NCBI GenBank assembly: GCA_023458375.1 | Contig: JAEWZT010000002.1 | Coordinates: forward strand, 264,463 to 328,462 | DNA from: Bacillota bacterium | GTDB lineage: Bacteria > Bacillota > Clostridia > Christensenellales > CAG-314 | DNA: 64,000 nt | Direction of reading: 5' to 3' | In this document: piece by piece, positions 1 to 9,816 of the stretch | Position numbering within the stretch: the stretch's first letter is position 1 | Layout: every line of letters starts with the position of its first letter | Position numbers and translations under genes: made by a program | Notes under the pieces: generated by a model | The model's input: the letters and a program-made list of their open reading frames with translations, nothing else | What the model was told of the DNA's origin: nothing | Database searches by the model: none

Positions 1-1857
1 ACGCAGCTTATCAAAGCTTTAACGGGCATTGAAACAGACCGCCACAAAGAGGAAAAAGAGCGGGGCATAACCATTGAGCTGGGCTTTGCCTACCTGACGC
101 TTCCAAACGGGCGGCGCTGCGGCATAATTGATGTGCCGGGGCACGAAAAGTTTATACGCAATATGCTTTCGGGCGCTGGAAGCGTTGATTTGGCGCTTTT
201 AGTAGTCGCCGCCGACGAGGGCGTCATGCCCCAAACGCGCGAACATATTGACATACTTAATTTATTAAATATCAAGCAGGGAGTCATCGCATTGACAAAA
301 TGCGACCTTGTTGACCAAGAATGGGCAGAACTGGTCGCGCAAGACGTCAAGCAAGAAGTAAAAGACACCTTTTTGCAGGACGCGCCCATAATTTCCCTTT
401 CGTCAAAAACGGGCTTTGGAATTGAGCGGTTAAAAAACACGCTTTTTGATATAATTATGAACGCCCCCGAGGGGGAGGATTTTTCCGACGCAAGGCTCCC
501 CGTTGACAGGGTTTTTTCCGTTGAGGGCTTTGGCACCGTCGTAACGGGCACCTTAATTGAAGGCAGGATTTTCACGGGCGACGACTTGACCCTTTATCCG
601 CAAATGCTGCCCGTCAAAGCGCGCAGCCTTCAAGTCCACGGCAAAAAGGTGGAAAGCGTGCAAAAAAGCCAGCGCGCCGCGGTAAATTTATCGGGCGTAA
701 AGGTTTCCGACGTAGAAAAAGGGGCGGTTTTGGCGGCAAAAAACTCTATGGAAAACTCGCTGCTTTTGGATGTTTTGCTTACCGCCGTAAAGGGCGCAAA
801 GAGAAAGATAGAAAACAATTCGCGGCTGCATTTTTATCACGGAGCAACGGATTTGCTGTGCCGCGCGGTGCTGCTTGACAAAGAGGAGCTTTGCGGCGGG
901 CAAAGCTGCTACGCTCAGCTTCACCTAGAAAACCCCTTGGCGGCAAAGGCGGGCGACAGGTTTGTGGCGCGCTTTTATTCCCCCCTTGAAACGGTGGGCG
1001 GGGGCGTGATTTTGGACGCAAACCCCCAAAGGCGCAAGCGCGGCGACGAAAAAACACTAAAAATCTTTAAAGGCAAGGACGAGGGCAGTTTAAAGCAGCG
1101 TTTAAGCGCCTTTATTCTTGATAAAAGCGCCTTTTTGCCAAACGCTGGGGAGTTAAAAAGAAGGGTGTTTTCAAATTCGCCTTCGTTTGACCATGAGCTT
1201 GACGAATTAATTAAAGACGGGGAAATATTTTCTTTAAAAAACGCTTTAATCCATAAAGATTTTTTTGCGGCGACTGCCAATAACTGCGAAAAAATTTTAC
1301 AAAGATACCACAAAGACAACCCCCTTTTAGAGGGAATGAGGCGCGACGAACTGAGGGCAAAGCTTATAACCGACGCGCCGCAGGGCGAACTTGACGCCTT
1401 AATCAATTTGCTTCAAGAAAAGGGTTTTGTAAATATTATTGGCAATTTTGTTTTCGCAAGCGGTTTTAAGGCAAAGATGAGCCAAAGCCACCAAAGGTTA
1501 AGCGGCGAAATCTGCGATTTATTTTTGCGCGCGGGCTTTAACACGCCCTCCCTTGACGAAGTTGCCGCGCAATATGTTAAGGAACAGAAAACCTTTAAGC
1601 AAACCTTTGACGCGCTGATTGCGTCGGGGGTTTTAGTGGCTTTAACGCCGCAGATTTTTATTCACGCCGATTTTTATAACAAGGCTTTTGCCGCGTTTAG
1701 CGCCCTTGCGGCTCAAAAAGGCGAAGTTGCCTTAGGGGATTTTCGCGACGCCATAGAAAGCTCTCGTAAATACGCCATGGCGATTTTAGAGTATTTTGAC
1801 AAAAAGGGACTTACAAAAAAAGAAGGGGAAGGAAGAAGGCTGCTGCCTCAAAAATAA
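1..1857 (+). CDS. selB: selenocysteine-specific translation elongation factor SelB (5' end lies outside the window)
   Basis: Frame 1 is open from nt 1; the track ORF 133..1857 merely starts at an internal GTG. Nt 1-132 translate to TQLIKALTGIETDRHKEEKERGITIELGFAY. GTPase motifs DVPGHEKF (G3) and TKCD (G4) follow, then EF-Tu-like barrel domains and a long C-terminal winged-helix-type tail typical of bacterial SelB. tRNA-Sec lies 500 bp downstream. Confidence 0.9.
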   Translation, partial: TQLIKALTGIETDRHKEEKERGITIELGFAYLTLPNGRRCGIIDVPGHEKFIRNMLSGAGSVDLALLVVAADEGVMPQTREHIDILNLLNIKQGVIALTKCDLVDQEWAELVAQDVKQEVKDTFLQDAPIISLSSKTGFGIERLKNTLFDIIMNAPEGEDFSDARLPVDRVFSVEGFGTVVTGTLIEGRIFTGDDLTLYPQMLPVKARSLQVHGKKVESVQKSQRAAVNLSGVKVSDVEKGAVLAAKNSMENSLLLDVLLTAVKGAKRKIENNSRLHFYHGATDLLCRAVLLDKEELCGGQSCYAQLHLENPLAAKAGDRFVARFYSPLETVGGGVILDANPQRRKRGDEKTLKIFKGKDEGSLKQRLSAFILDKSAFLPNAGELKRRVFSNSPSFDHELDELIKDGEIFSLKNALIHKDFFAATANNCEKILQRYHKDNPLLEGMRRDELRAKLITDAPQGELDALINLLQEKGFVNIIGNFVFASGFKAKMSQSHQRLSGEICDLFLRAGFNTPSLDEVAAQYVKEQKTFKQTFDALIASGVLVALTPQIFIHADFYNKAFAAFSALAAQKGEVALGDFRDAIESSRKYAMAILEYFDKKGLTKKEGEGRRLLPQK

Positions 1858-2313
1858 AATCGAGGCAAACATGCCCGCAACCCGAAAAAAATATCGCGCT
1901 TATTTAAAAATTACGGCGGAAAAACCATATAACCGCGCCAAAGATAGCAAAACAAGCAACAATTGAGCGCGTAAGAAAAGGGCAAGAATTAAGATGGGCG
2001 GGAGGGGCGTAAAATGTTTTTTTAAAAACAAGCTTAGCAAAATGGCGCCGTAAGTTTGCAGGCGGGCAAGTTTATAAAAGTTTTAGCGGTCAAGCATTTA
2101 AGTAAAAGCAAACTTATAAAACTCTAAATAAAAACAAGCTTAGCAAGAATTAGAAAGGATTTGCTAAATAACAATAAGTTTTTAAAAAAAGATTACGGCA
2201 AAGTTGGTTTAAGGGCAAAGTTTTAAGGTAACAAGCAAAATAAGTTTGCGAGCAATTTTTTTAAAGAATCTTTCCTTAAAAAAACAGCACAAAAATTAAG
2301 AGCACGAAAATAA

Positions 2314-2342
2314 TTGAAGCTTTTTAAAACTTGTGTTAAAAT
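2314..2342 (+). promoter_or_regulatory. sigma-A-type promoter for tRNA-Sec
   Basis: TTGAAG (2314-2319), 17-nt spacer, extended -10 TGT-TAAAAT (2334-2342). It ends about 11 nt before the tRNA 5' end. Confidence 0.5.
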
Positions 2343-2353
2343 CATATTTGCTT

Positions 2354-2449
2354 GGGAGTAGAGGGGCGCTGGTGTGTCCTGCGGTCTTCAAAACCGTTGT
2401 GAGCGGACAAAACCGCTTTGGTGGGTTCGATTCCCACATATTCCCGCCA
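2354..2449 (+). tRNA. selC: tRNA-Sec (anticodon UCA)
   Basis: About 96 nt. GGGAGTAG acceptor arm pairs with ATATTCCC, followed by discriminator G and encoded CCA. Anticodon loop is CUUCAAA (UCA). There is a long variable arm (TGAGCGGACAAAACCGCTTTG) and a T-arm GTGGG-TTCGATT-CCCAC. Located next to selB. Confidence 0.9.
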
Positions 2450-2451
2450 AA

Positions 2452-2480
2452 AAGCCGATACTGTGTCGGCTTTTATTTTT
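2452..2480 (+). terminator. intrinsic terminator after tRNA-Sec
   Basis: AGCCGA-tactgtg-TCGGCT hairpin followed by TTTTATTTTT. Confidence 0.7.
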
Positions 2481-2535
2481 GCCTTTATAAAACTTTGAAG
2501 CGTTTCCTTAAAACCGTTGTAAATATAAACTTTTA

Positions 2536-2566
2536 AATAAAATTAAAAGCCCTTTAATAAGGGCTT
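2536..2566 (-). terminator. intrinsic terminator downstream of the 2751..3194 gene
   Basis: AAGCCCTT-taat-AAGGGCTT hairpin (2547-2566), followed on the minus strand by TTAATTTTA. A second perfect hairpin ACCACCCGC/GCGGGTGGT lies at 2620-2640. Confidence 0.5.
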
Positions 2567-2750
2567 CATCGGGGCAATCTTGCTCTGCCTCACAATGCTC
2601 TAAGGGGGCTCTTGTGCAAACCACCCGCTAAGCGGGTGGTCTTAACGATTGATTTACTTGTATGATTTGTTTGACTTACTTGCTTAATTGGTCTGTTTAA
2701 TTGTCTGATTTAGCTTATTGTTAAAACAAGCCGCGTTTTTAAAAACCGCG

Positions 2751-3194
2751 TCAGTCCTGTTTTGCGCCGCAATGCTTGCAGTATTGTGCGTCCGAGTCAA
2801 TCTCTTTGCCGCAGCGGTGGCAGTATTTATAGTCCCTCAGTCCTTCTTTGATTGCGCGCGCCGTCTTTGTTACCGCGCCGCTGGCAATATCCGCCGTTGT
2901 GTTGGCTATATCGGTAAATTCTTCCTTATTTTCCCTTTGAATGTAACGGGCGCCGCTTGCCTGTAATTTTGATATTTCAGGCGTAAAGCCCGCCAACAAA
3001 AGCGCTACTGAAATTACACTTAAAAAACCGCCGGGAGCCAAAAGCGCGAAGTTGGGGGAAACTATGCCCATAAAATCGTCGCGAAATACGGTAACGCTTA
3101 AAATAATCAATAAAACGCCTAAACTGAGCGCCGCAAAGCCTAAAACTTTAAGCACTGTAAAATGCGCGGGTTTTTTATTATTGTTGTTATCCAT
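2751..3194 (-). CDS. two-TM membrane protein with C-terminal zinc ribbon
   Basis: 147 aa. Has an N-terminal hydrophobic pair (FTVLKVLGFAALSLGVLLIIL..; ..LAPGGFLSVISVALLLAGF) and a C-terminal CHRCGKEIDSDAQYCKHCG (CxxC-N10-CxxC). GGAAG RBS-like sequence upstream. Confidence 0.6.
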   Translation of the reverse strand: MDNNNNKKPAHFTVLKVLGFAALSLGVLLIILSVTVFRDDFMGIVSPNFALLAPGGFLSVISVALLLAGFTPEISKLQASGARYIQRENKEEFTDIANTTADIASGAVTKTARAIKEGLRDYKYCHRCGKEIDSDAQYCKHCGAKQD

Positions 3195-3222
3195 AAGCTC
3201 TTCCTTCTTTTGATTTTTTTAT

Positions 3223-3624
3223 TTATTGCCTTATGCCGCAGTCTTTGCAAAAAAGCGAGTCGCTTTCTATTTCTTTGCCGCAACGCCTGCAAGGTTTTGT
3301 TTTTTTAAGTCCCGTTTTTATTACGCGCACGGCTTTTTTTACCGCGCTGTTCGCCATGCCCGCGGCTGTATTTGCGATGTCGGCAAGTTCTTGCGCGCCG
3401 TTCTTTTGCGCGCCGTTATTTTTGCCTTTGGCGCTAAGCTTAAACTTATCGGGGAAAAACCCCGAAAGCAAAAGCGTTAAAGAAACTACCGCCAAAAACC
3501 CTCCCGCCGCAAGCGAGGGGAAATCGTGGTGCCTTGCCATGAGCGCCAGCCCTACGCAAAATCCCGCAAAACCCAAAACTTTAAACACCGTAAGACGCGC
3601 AGGTTTTCCCTTATTATTTCCCAT
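3223..3624 (-). CDS. two-TM membrane protein with C-terminal zinc ribbon (paralogue of 2751..3194)
   Basis: 133 aa with the same architecture and conserved blocks (LTVFKVLGFAGF; ADIANTAAGMANSAVKKAVRVIKTGL; CRRCGKEIESDSLFCKDCG). Confidence 0.6.
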   Translation of the reverse strand: MGNNKGKPARLTVFKVLGFAGFCVGLALMARHHDFPSLAAGGFLAVVSLTLLLSGFFPDKFKLSAKGKNNGAQKNGAQELADIANTAAGMANSAVKKAVRVIKTGLKKTKPCRRCGKEIESDSLFCKDCGIRQ

Positions 3625-3796
3625 ATCGCCCCCCTAATTATCTTTAATAAAAATTAAGAGAATATATGACAGGGGGAAGTCTTTAAGGCGCACAAAATTT
3701 TGTAAAATGCCGCCGAAGGTTTTAAAAAAAAGTCGGCGGCAAATACTATTTTGATTAGTTTTAAGCAATTAAGCAAGCGTTATACAGTATCGGTTT

Positions 3797-4261
3797 TTAA
3801 TTTCCCGTGCTGCCGAAACCGCCCAAACGTTTATCTTTGGGTCTTTGCTCTTTTGCCTTATAAAACTTTAAAAAAACCGCCTGCGCGTATGCCTGACCTT
3901 TGTCTATCGTCAAAGGTTTGTCGCCGTTAATCAGGTGAACAAGCAAGTGCCCCTCGTTTTTCGCGCCGTAATAGTCGCTGTCCACGACGCCTACGGTATT
4001 TGCAAGGCGCAGGTTATATTTTACGCCCAGCCCGCTTTTAGGCAGCACAAACATAACGAAGTTGCGCCTCATTTGGCAGCGCACGCCGCTTGCGACGGCT
4101 ATTTGCTGGTGCGGCGCAAATACGTATAAATCGGCGGCAAAAAGGTCGTAGCCCGCCGACCCGTCGGTAGCCCGTTTAGGGAGCGATATATTTTGATAGT
4201 CAACTCCCCCGTCGGCGGCGAACTGCTTTTCGCTTACTTTTTTCCAAAGCGCGACGCTCAC
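3797..4261 (-). CDS. dut: dUTP diphosphatase
   Basis: 154 aa with dUTPase motifs GSAGYDL, VVDSDYYG and RLGGFGSTG. Overlaps the stop of the upstream PEPCK gene by 4 nt. Confidence 0.85.
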   Translation of the reverse strand: MSVALWKKVSEKQFAADGGVDYQNISLPKRATDGSAGYDLFAADLYVFAPHQQIAVASGVRCQMRRNFVMFVLPKSGLGVKYNLRLANTVGVVDSDYYGAKNEGHLLVHLINGDKPLTIDKGQAYAQAVFLKFYKAKEQRPKDKRLGGFGSTGN

Positions 4262-6000
4262 TTTTTTATTTTTTCCTCTAATCGTTCAAGTTGGTTTAGA
4301 AGCTGCTTGGGCACCTTTTTGCCGATAAACGCGTAAAACTCCCTTATTTGGCGCGCTTCTTCCAACCATTTTTCCTTGTCGTAACCAAGCAGGGCATCCA
4401 TATCTTCTTGCTTTAACGAAGTGCCTTTTGTATTGATTTCGCTCTTTTTGGGCAGCAGTCCTATGTCGCTTTGAAGCCCCTTTGCCTTATTTTCGCAGCG
4501 GTCTAAAATCCAGTCAAGGGCGCGGATATTATCGCCGAAGCCGGGCCACAGGAACTTACCGTCCTTTTTAATAAACCAGTTGACAAAATACATTTTCGGA
4601 GGACGCTTTAAGCCGCCCAAAACATCAAGCCAGTGCGCGAAATAATCGCCGATATGGTAGCCGAAGAAGGGGAGCATCGCAAAGGGGTCGCGACGCAAAA
4701 CGCCCGTCTTGCCCGCCGCCGCCGCCGTAGTCTGGCTTGCCATAGCGCTTGCGAAAAACACGCCCTGCTCGTTGCTTTGCGCTTCTCTAATCAAAGGTAC
4801 GGTGTCGTCGCGCCTGCCTCCGAATACAAAGGCGGAGATTTTAACTCCCTTGGGGGAGTTGTAAGACTTTGATAAAGAGGGGCAGTTTAGTATGGGCGCC
4901 GTAAAGCGGCTGTTAGGGTGAGCCGCGTAGGGCATACCCTCTTTGTATTCTTCTCCCTGCCAGTCAAGCAGGTGAGGGGGTTTTTTGTCGGTCAGCCCTT
5001 CCCACCAGACGGTATTGTCGTCGGTGTTTAGCGCAACGTTTGTAAACAGGGAATTTTTTGAGCAGGAAAGCAGGGCGTTGAGGTTTGTTTTGTCGCTCGT
5101 GCCCGGCGCTACGCCGAAAAAGCCGTATTCGGGGTTGACGGCGTAAAGGCAACCGTCCTCACCCTTTCTAAGCCACGCGATATCGTCGCCCACCGTTTCC
5201 ACTTTATAGCCCTTGTCAATGTATTCTTGCGGGGGAATAAGCATTGCGAGGTTGGTTTTTCCGCAGGCGGAGGGGAACGCCGCCGCAATGTATTTTGTTT
5301 CTTCGCCGGGGCGGGTAATACCCACTATAAGCATGTGCTCGGCAAGCCAGCCCTCTTGGCGCGCGAGGTTGCTCGCAATTCTTAAAGCAAAGCATTTTTT
5401 GCCCAAAAGAACGTTTCCGCCGTAACCGCTGTTAACCGTCCAAATGGTGTTGTCTTGGGGGAAGTGGCAAATATATCTTTTTTCTTCCGAAAGTTCCGCC
5501 TTGGTGTGTATGCCGCGCACGAAACTGTCGTCCATTTTTGCTAAAACATGGTTTCCCACCCTTGTCATAATGGTCATAGAAATTACCACGTAAATGCTGT
5601 CTGTAAGCTCAATGCCGAACTTTGCAAAGGGGGAAGAGGGGTCGCCCATAGAATAGGGCAGAACATACATTGTGCGCCCCTTCATGGCGTCTTTGGAAAT
5701 TTCCGACAAAACCTTGTAGGCTTCTTTGGGCTCCATCCAGTGGTTTGTGGGACCTGCGTCTTCTTGCTTGTCGCAGCAAATAAAGGTGCGCCCCTCAACG
5801 CGCGCCACGTCGTTGCGCGCGCTTCTGTGCAAATAACAGCCGGGGTGTTTTTCCTTATTAAGGGGTAAAAACTCTCCCGTAGATAAAGCTTCCGCTTTAA
5901 GCGCTTCAAGCTGGGTTTCCTCGCCCGTAATCCAAACTACTTTGTCGGGATTCATAAGTTCTTTGAAATCGTCAACGAACTTCTGTACACTTTTTAACAT
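4258..6000 (-). CDS. pckG: phosphoenolpyruvate carboxykinase (GTP)
   Basis: 580 aa. Kinase-1a P-loop FPSACGKTN, and GDDIAW, WWEG and NWF motifs characteristic of GTP-dependent PEPCK. Confidence 0.9.
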   Translation of the reverse strand: MLKSVQKFVDDFKELMNPDKVVWITGEETQLEALKAEALSTGEFLPLNKEKHPGCYLHRSARNDVARVEGRTFICCDKQEDAGPTNHWMEPKEAYKVLSEISKDAMKGRTMYVLPYSMGDPSSPFAKFGIELTDSIYVVISMTIMTRVGNHVLAKMDDSFVRGIHTKAELSEEKRYICHFPQDNTIWTVNSGYGGNVLLGKKCFALRIASNLARQEGWLAEHMLIVGITRPGEETKYIAAAFPSACGKTNLAMLIPPQEYIDKGYKVETVGDDIAWLRKGEDGCLYAVNPEYGFFGVAPGTSDKTNLNALLSCSKNSLFTNVALNTDDNTVWWEGLTDKKPPHLLDWQGEEYKEGMPYAAHPNSRFTAPILNCPSLSKSYNSPKGVKISAFVFGGRRDDTVPLIREAQSNEQGVFFASAMASQTTAAAAGKTGVLRRDPFAMLPFFGYHIGDYFAHWLDVLGGLKRPPKMYFVNWFIKKDGKFLWPGFGDNIRALDWILDRCENKAKGLQSDIGLLPKKSEINTKGTSLKQEDMDALLGYDKEKWLEEARQIREFYAFIGKKVPKQLLNQLERLEEKIKK

Positions 6001-6482
6001 AGTTGCTCCTTTATGTTATTAGCCGCTTCCGCCGCGGTTATATTGGTCGTAATTATTATGAAAGATTTTTTGCTCTTTTGCATTTGGTCCTTACGTTCCA
6101 ACGCGCGCTTAACTTTGCTTAAATTGCCGCCGCTTGATAAAATCCGATTTTTCAGAGTTTTTTCATCGGAGTCTAAAATAAATTCGCTTACTCTCGCCCC
6201 AAAAGGAAGTTTACTTTTGATTTGCTCTACAATCGCGTTTAAATGCATAACCCATTCAAAAACTACATACTTTTCTCCATAGAGCGCGTTAAGTTTTAGG
6301 GCTATGTTTTCTAAAACCTTCTCTTTTTGGCGCGCCGAAGGTTTTTCGTTCCAAATCCAACAGTCGTCACCGCATACCGCGGGGCAGTTAAGCTCCTTTG
6401 CCAAACAAGCCGCTACGGCGCTTTTACCCGTTTCCATAGCACCGCGTATAAAAATATAGTGAGTTTCCATAGTTTTTTGCAT
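5994..6482 (-). CDS. small P-loop NTPase / kinase-like protein
   Basis: 162 aa with Walker A-like GAMETGKS near the N-terminus. Overlaps the pckG start by 7 nt, so probably co-transcribed. Confidence 0.5.
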   Translation of the reverse strand: MQKTMETHYIFIRGAMETGKSAVAACLAKELNCPAVCGDDCWIWNEKPSARQKEKVLENIALKLNALYGEKYVVFEWVMHLNAIVEQIKSKLPFGARVSEFILDSDEKTLKNRILSSGGNLSKVKRALERKDQMQKSKKSFIIITTNITAAEAANNIKEQLC

Positions 6483-6671
6483 TTTCGCGCAAATAATATT
6501 TCTTTTTTGCCCTTTTAATAAGCGTTTAAAATCAAAGAAGACAAAGCCCCTTAAAGCTATTTTATTTGCGGGATTAAACGCCTTAGAGCTTATCCATTAT
6601 ATCAACTATCGGGAACAAATGCAAGGGAGAAAGCATAAAGTATAGTATTTCCGTAAAGGGGGCGAAAGGGG

Positions 6672-7565
6672 TTGTTAAAGTATGAAGATTTACTTGAAGA
6701 AATGGATAAATTTTCCGCCTACGGCTGCGAAACGGGAGTTGTGGGCGAAAGCGAACTGGGTCAGCGCATACCCTACGTCTTTTTGGGAAAGAACAAACAA
6801 AACGCCCTAATCGCGCAGGGCGCAATTCACGGCAGAGAGCATATAACGGCGCTGCTTGTAATTTGCATGGCTAAGCATTTGCTTAAAAACACCTCGCTGC
6901 CCCTTTTGGGCGGAATATATTTCATACCTATGGTAAACCCCGACGGGGTAAGGCTGTGTCAGGAAGGGGTGGATTGGATTGCAAATAAAAAAATCCGCGA
7001 AGAGGTGCTAGCACTTAACAAAGAGGATTACGACTTTACTTTTTGGAAAGCCAACGCTCGGGGCGTTGACTTAAACGTCAACTTTGACGCGGGGTGGGGA
7101 AGCGGAAAGCAAAACGTGTTTTTTGCGGGGGGCGAAAACTTTGTGGGCAAAAAACCCGAAAGCGAAAGGGAGAGCCACGCCCTTGCCAACTTTACCCGCG
7201 CGGTAAAACCTTTATGCACCCTTTCTTACCACACTAAGGGGGAAGTAATATATTGGCGCTATAACCAAAGGGGGACAAAACTTTGGCAGCACTACCGCCT
7301 GGCAAAGGCGCTTTCGGAGCAGACGGGGTATGAACTGGTTGACAATATGGGAAGCGCGGGGGGCTACAAAGACTGGTGCATTTGCAAGCTTGACATACCT
7401 TCCTTTACCGTAGAAGTGGGCAGGGACGACATTGCCCACCCCTATCCCTATTCGCGCATAAGAGAGCTTGCGGCGCTTCACGAGGACATTCCCCGCCGCC
7501 TTGTAAATACTCTTGTCAGGCAAAAAGAAAAGAGGGACAAAAAACAACTCAAACAGTTTGATTGA
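6672..7565 (+). CDS. M14-family zinc carboxypeptidase (gamma-D-glutamyl-diamino-acid peptidase-like)
   Basis: 297 aa with HGREHIT (zinc ligands HxxE), NPDG, NARGVDLNVNF and a later SYH. TTG start as given by the track. Confidence 0.75.
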   Translation: MLKYEDLLEEMDKFSAYGCETGVVGESELGQRIPYVFLGKNKQNALIAQGAIHGREHITALLVICMAKHLLKNTSLPLLGGIYFIPMVNPDGVRLCQEGVDWIANKKIREEVLALNKEDYDFTFWKANARGVDLNVNFDAGWGSGKQNVFFAGGENFVGKKPESERESHALANFTRAVKPLCTLSYHTKGEVIYWRYNQRGTKLWQHYRLAKALSEQTGYELVDNMGSAGGYKDWCICKLDIPSFTVEVGRDDIAHPYPYSRIRELAALHEDIPRRLVNTLVRQKEKRDKKQLKQFD

Positions 7566-7599
7566 CAAAAACGCGCCCTGATACTACAATCTTAATGCT

Positions 7600-8358
7600 A
7601 TGATTAAGATTGATTTACACCTGCACACAAAACATTCGCCCGACGCAGACAAGCAGGGAGAAATGGAGCTTTACTGCGAGCAGGCGCTAAAAAGCGGAAC
7701 GCAGATAATTTGTTTTACAGACCATGTTGACGTTTACGGAATTGGAAATACCCTTTCTTTTATAAACTTTTCAAACAGATACGGCGACTATTTGAAGGCG
7801 GCAAAGCAATACGAAGGCCGTCTTTTGGTGCTTTTGGGCTTAGAATACGCCGAACCCAACCACGACTTTGAGCTTTATAAAAAAATTACGGGGCAGTTTC
7901 CCTACGACTTTATTTTAGGCTCCGTCCACTACCCTACCGAAATGTTTTTTGCGCGAAAGTATTCCGCCGTCAAAATGGTGGAGGACCATTACGCGAAAAC
8001 CATTGAAATGACAAAAGAGGGGGGCTTTGACAGCCTGGCGCATTTAGATTTTCCCAAAAAGTTTACTGACAAGTGGCAGGTTGACTTAGAAAAAACTGAA
8101 ATTATTTTAAAAAATATTATCAAAAACGACATTTCTTTGGAAATCAACACCTCTACTTTAAGGCGCGGTCAAAGCGAATGCAGCCCCTCGCGCGACATTG
8201 TTGAGCTTTACGCTTCTTTGGGCGGAAAATACGTTACCGTAGGGAGCGACAGCCACAGCTTTGACACATTGGGCGACGGTTTTGAAAGTGCGGCGTCAAC
8301 TCTGCCGCAGGGCGTAAAAATATGCTATTACAAAAACCGCAAAAGGGTGGTGCTGTAA
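7600..8358 (+). CDS. PHP-domain phosphatase (HisJ-type histidinol-phosphatase family)
   Basis: 252 aa. N-terminal IDLHLHTKHSPDA, then TDH, EY and GSVH blocks and a C-terminal GSDSH typical of PHP-fold phosphoesterases. Confidence 0.7.
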   Translation: MIKIDLHLHTKHSPDADKQGEMELYCEQALKSGTQIICFTDHVDVYGIGNTLSFINFSNRYGDYLKAAKQYEGRLLVLLGLEYAEPNHDFELYKKITGQFPYDFILGSVHYPTEMFFARKYSAVKMVEDHYAKTIEMTKEGGFDSLAHLDFPKKFTDKWQVDLEKTEIILKNIIKNDISLEINTSTLRRGQSECSPSRDIVELYASLGGKYVTVGSDSHSFDTLGDGFESAASTLPQGVKICYYKNRKRVVL

Positions 8359-8361
8359 AAA

Positions 8362-9201
8362 ATGAAACTTTTGCCCGTTACGGCAAAATCCCTGCCTGCA
8401 ATTTGGGCGCATTTAGAGGGCGCGCCAAATATCTGCGACTTTTCGGCGGGCACCATATACATGTGGAAAGACTTTTATAAGTTCAGCTACGGCGAAAAGG
8501 AAGGCAATTTATTTATTCACAGCGAAAGGGAAAACTCCTACTTCCCCTGCTGGCAGTGCGAAGCGGAGCGCCACGTGGAGTATCTGAAAAATATTACGGG
8601 CGAACAAAAGCTTATTATTTCCCCCGTTCCCGAAGTTTTGCTAGACGGTTATGCCAAGCTTGGTAAAGCCGTTGAACTGTGCGGGTGGGCGGACTACCTT
8701 TACGACGCGCAAGAGTTTATTGAACTTAAAGGCAAAAAATATCACGGCAAACGCAACCATATTAAAAATTTTGTAAGTACTTACGACTATACCTTTGAAC
8801 CGCTCAACGGCGACGAACGCGAGGTCATTGACTTTGTAAGCAAGCTGGGACAGACGGCTGAAAGCTGCCTTGCCAAATACGAAGTCGCCGCCACCATTTC
8901 GGCGCTTTTGTGTTACGACAAACTAAAATTGTTAAGCGGCGTGTTAAGGGTTGAGGGAAAAGTCGCCGGCATTACTTTGGGGGAAATTTGCGGCGATACT
9001 TTAATTGTGCACACCGAGCGCTGCGACAGAAACTATGACGGCATCTATGAAGCCGTCGCGCACTTTTTTGCCGACAAATACGCCAAAAATGTAAAATATA
9101 TCAACCGCGAGGAAGATTTGGGCGACGAGGGGCTGCGCCGCGCAAAGGAAAGTTGGCGCCCGATAACCCTGCTTAAAAAATACCGCGTTGAGATAGACTA
9201 A
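8362..9201 (+). CDS. DUF2156 / lysyl-PG-synthase-C-like (GNAT-fold) protein
   Basis: 279 aa. Blocks KGKKYHGKRNHIKNF and INREEDLGDEGLRRAKESWRP resemble the stand-alone DUF2156 family as I remember it. Not verified by search. Confidence 0.55.
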   Translation: MKLLPVTAKSLPAIWAHLEGAPNICDFSAGTIYMWKDFYKFSYGEKEGNLFIHSERENSYFPCWQCEAERHVEYLKNITGEQKLIISPVPEVLLDGYAKLGKAVELCGWADYLYDAQEFIELKGKKYHGKRNHIKNFVSTYDYTFEPLNGDEREVIDFVSKLGQTAESCLAKYEVAATISALLCYDKLKLLSGVLRVEGKVAGITLGEICGDTLIVHTERCDRNYDGIYEAVAHFFADKYAKNVKYINREEDLGDEGLRRAKESWRPITLLKKYRVEID

Positions 9202-9632
9202 AAGCGCATTTTACTGTATAATTATATAGCTTTGCTTAGAAAACCGCTTATAATAAACTGTTGCTGAAAAAGTTTTTCGCGGACAAGAAAAAAGATATTC
9301 CAGCTTTCGCAAAGCAGATTTAAAAGAGTTTGTATTAAATTAGTGACAAAAACTTTTAGTAGCTGCGGTTGGCGCGGGTAAATACAAAAGACTTGTAATA
9401 CCCCGCGAAAAGTTGAATAACAAATATTGCGCAATACTGCCAAACCTTTGTTTAAGTTATTGTTTGAGCGGTAGGAAAATAATATTTGTACTCTTAGCAA
9501 AGGATTTGAGTAACGATAAAACAGTGCGGCGGAATATTGCATATCCGTTAAGGGGATATGTCTGGGTGCTTGATTTGTTGGCAAAGCGCGTTGTTTCAAA
9601 GAGGCAAAGCGCGTTGGTTGTTTATTGAATAT

Positions 9633-9723
9633 GGAGAGGTATCGAAGCGGTCATAACGGGGCGCACTCGAAATGCGTTTGGGGGCTTGCTCCCACGTGGG
9701 TTCGAATCCCACCCTCTCCGCCA
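9633..9723 (+). tRNA. tRNA-Ser (anticodon CGA)
   Basis: 91 nt. GGAGAGG acceptor arm pairs with CCTCTCC, followed by G and CCA. Anticodon stem-loop is GCGCA-CUCGAAA-UGCGU. Long variable arm (GGGGGCTTGCTCCC) and T-arm GTGGG-TTCGAAT-CCCAC. Confidence 0.9.
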
Positions 9724-9780
9724 TAGTATTCCAAATATGAACTCTATAAAAGTAGTGTTTGCAAATGGAAAATAGGAATA

Positions 9781-9816
9781 ATAGTCAGTCGTTAGACTGA
9801 CTATTTCTTTTATTTT
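9781..9816 (+). terminator. bidirectional intrinsic terminator (tRNA-Ser / 9810..10394 gene)
   Basis: Perfect 10-bp stem ATAGTCAGTC-gtta-GACTGACTAT followed by TTCTTTTATTTT. Confidence 0.65.

Noticed and set aside
9222-9599. 125-aa minus-strand ORF in the spacer upstream of tRNA-Ser.
   Set aside because: No RBS, odd composition, no motif, and it would run antisense into the tRNA promoter region. It is more likely non-coding.
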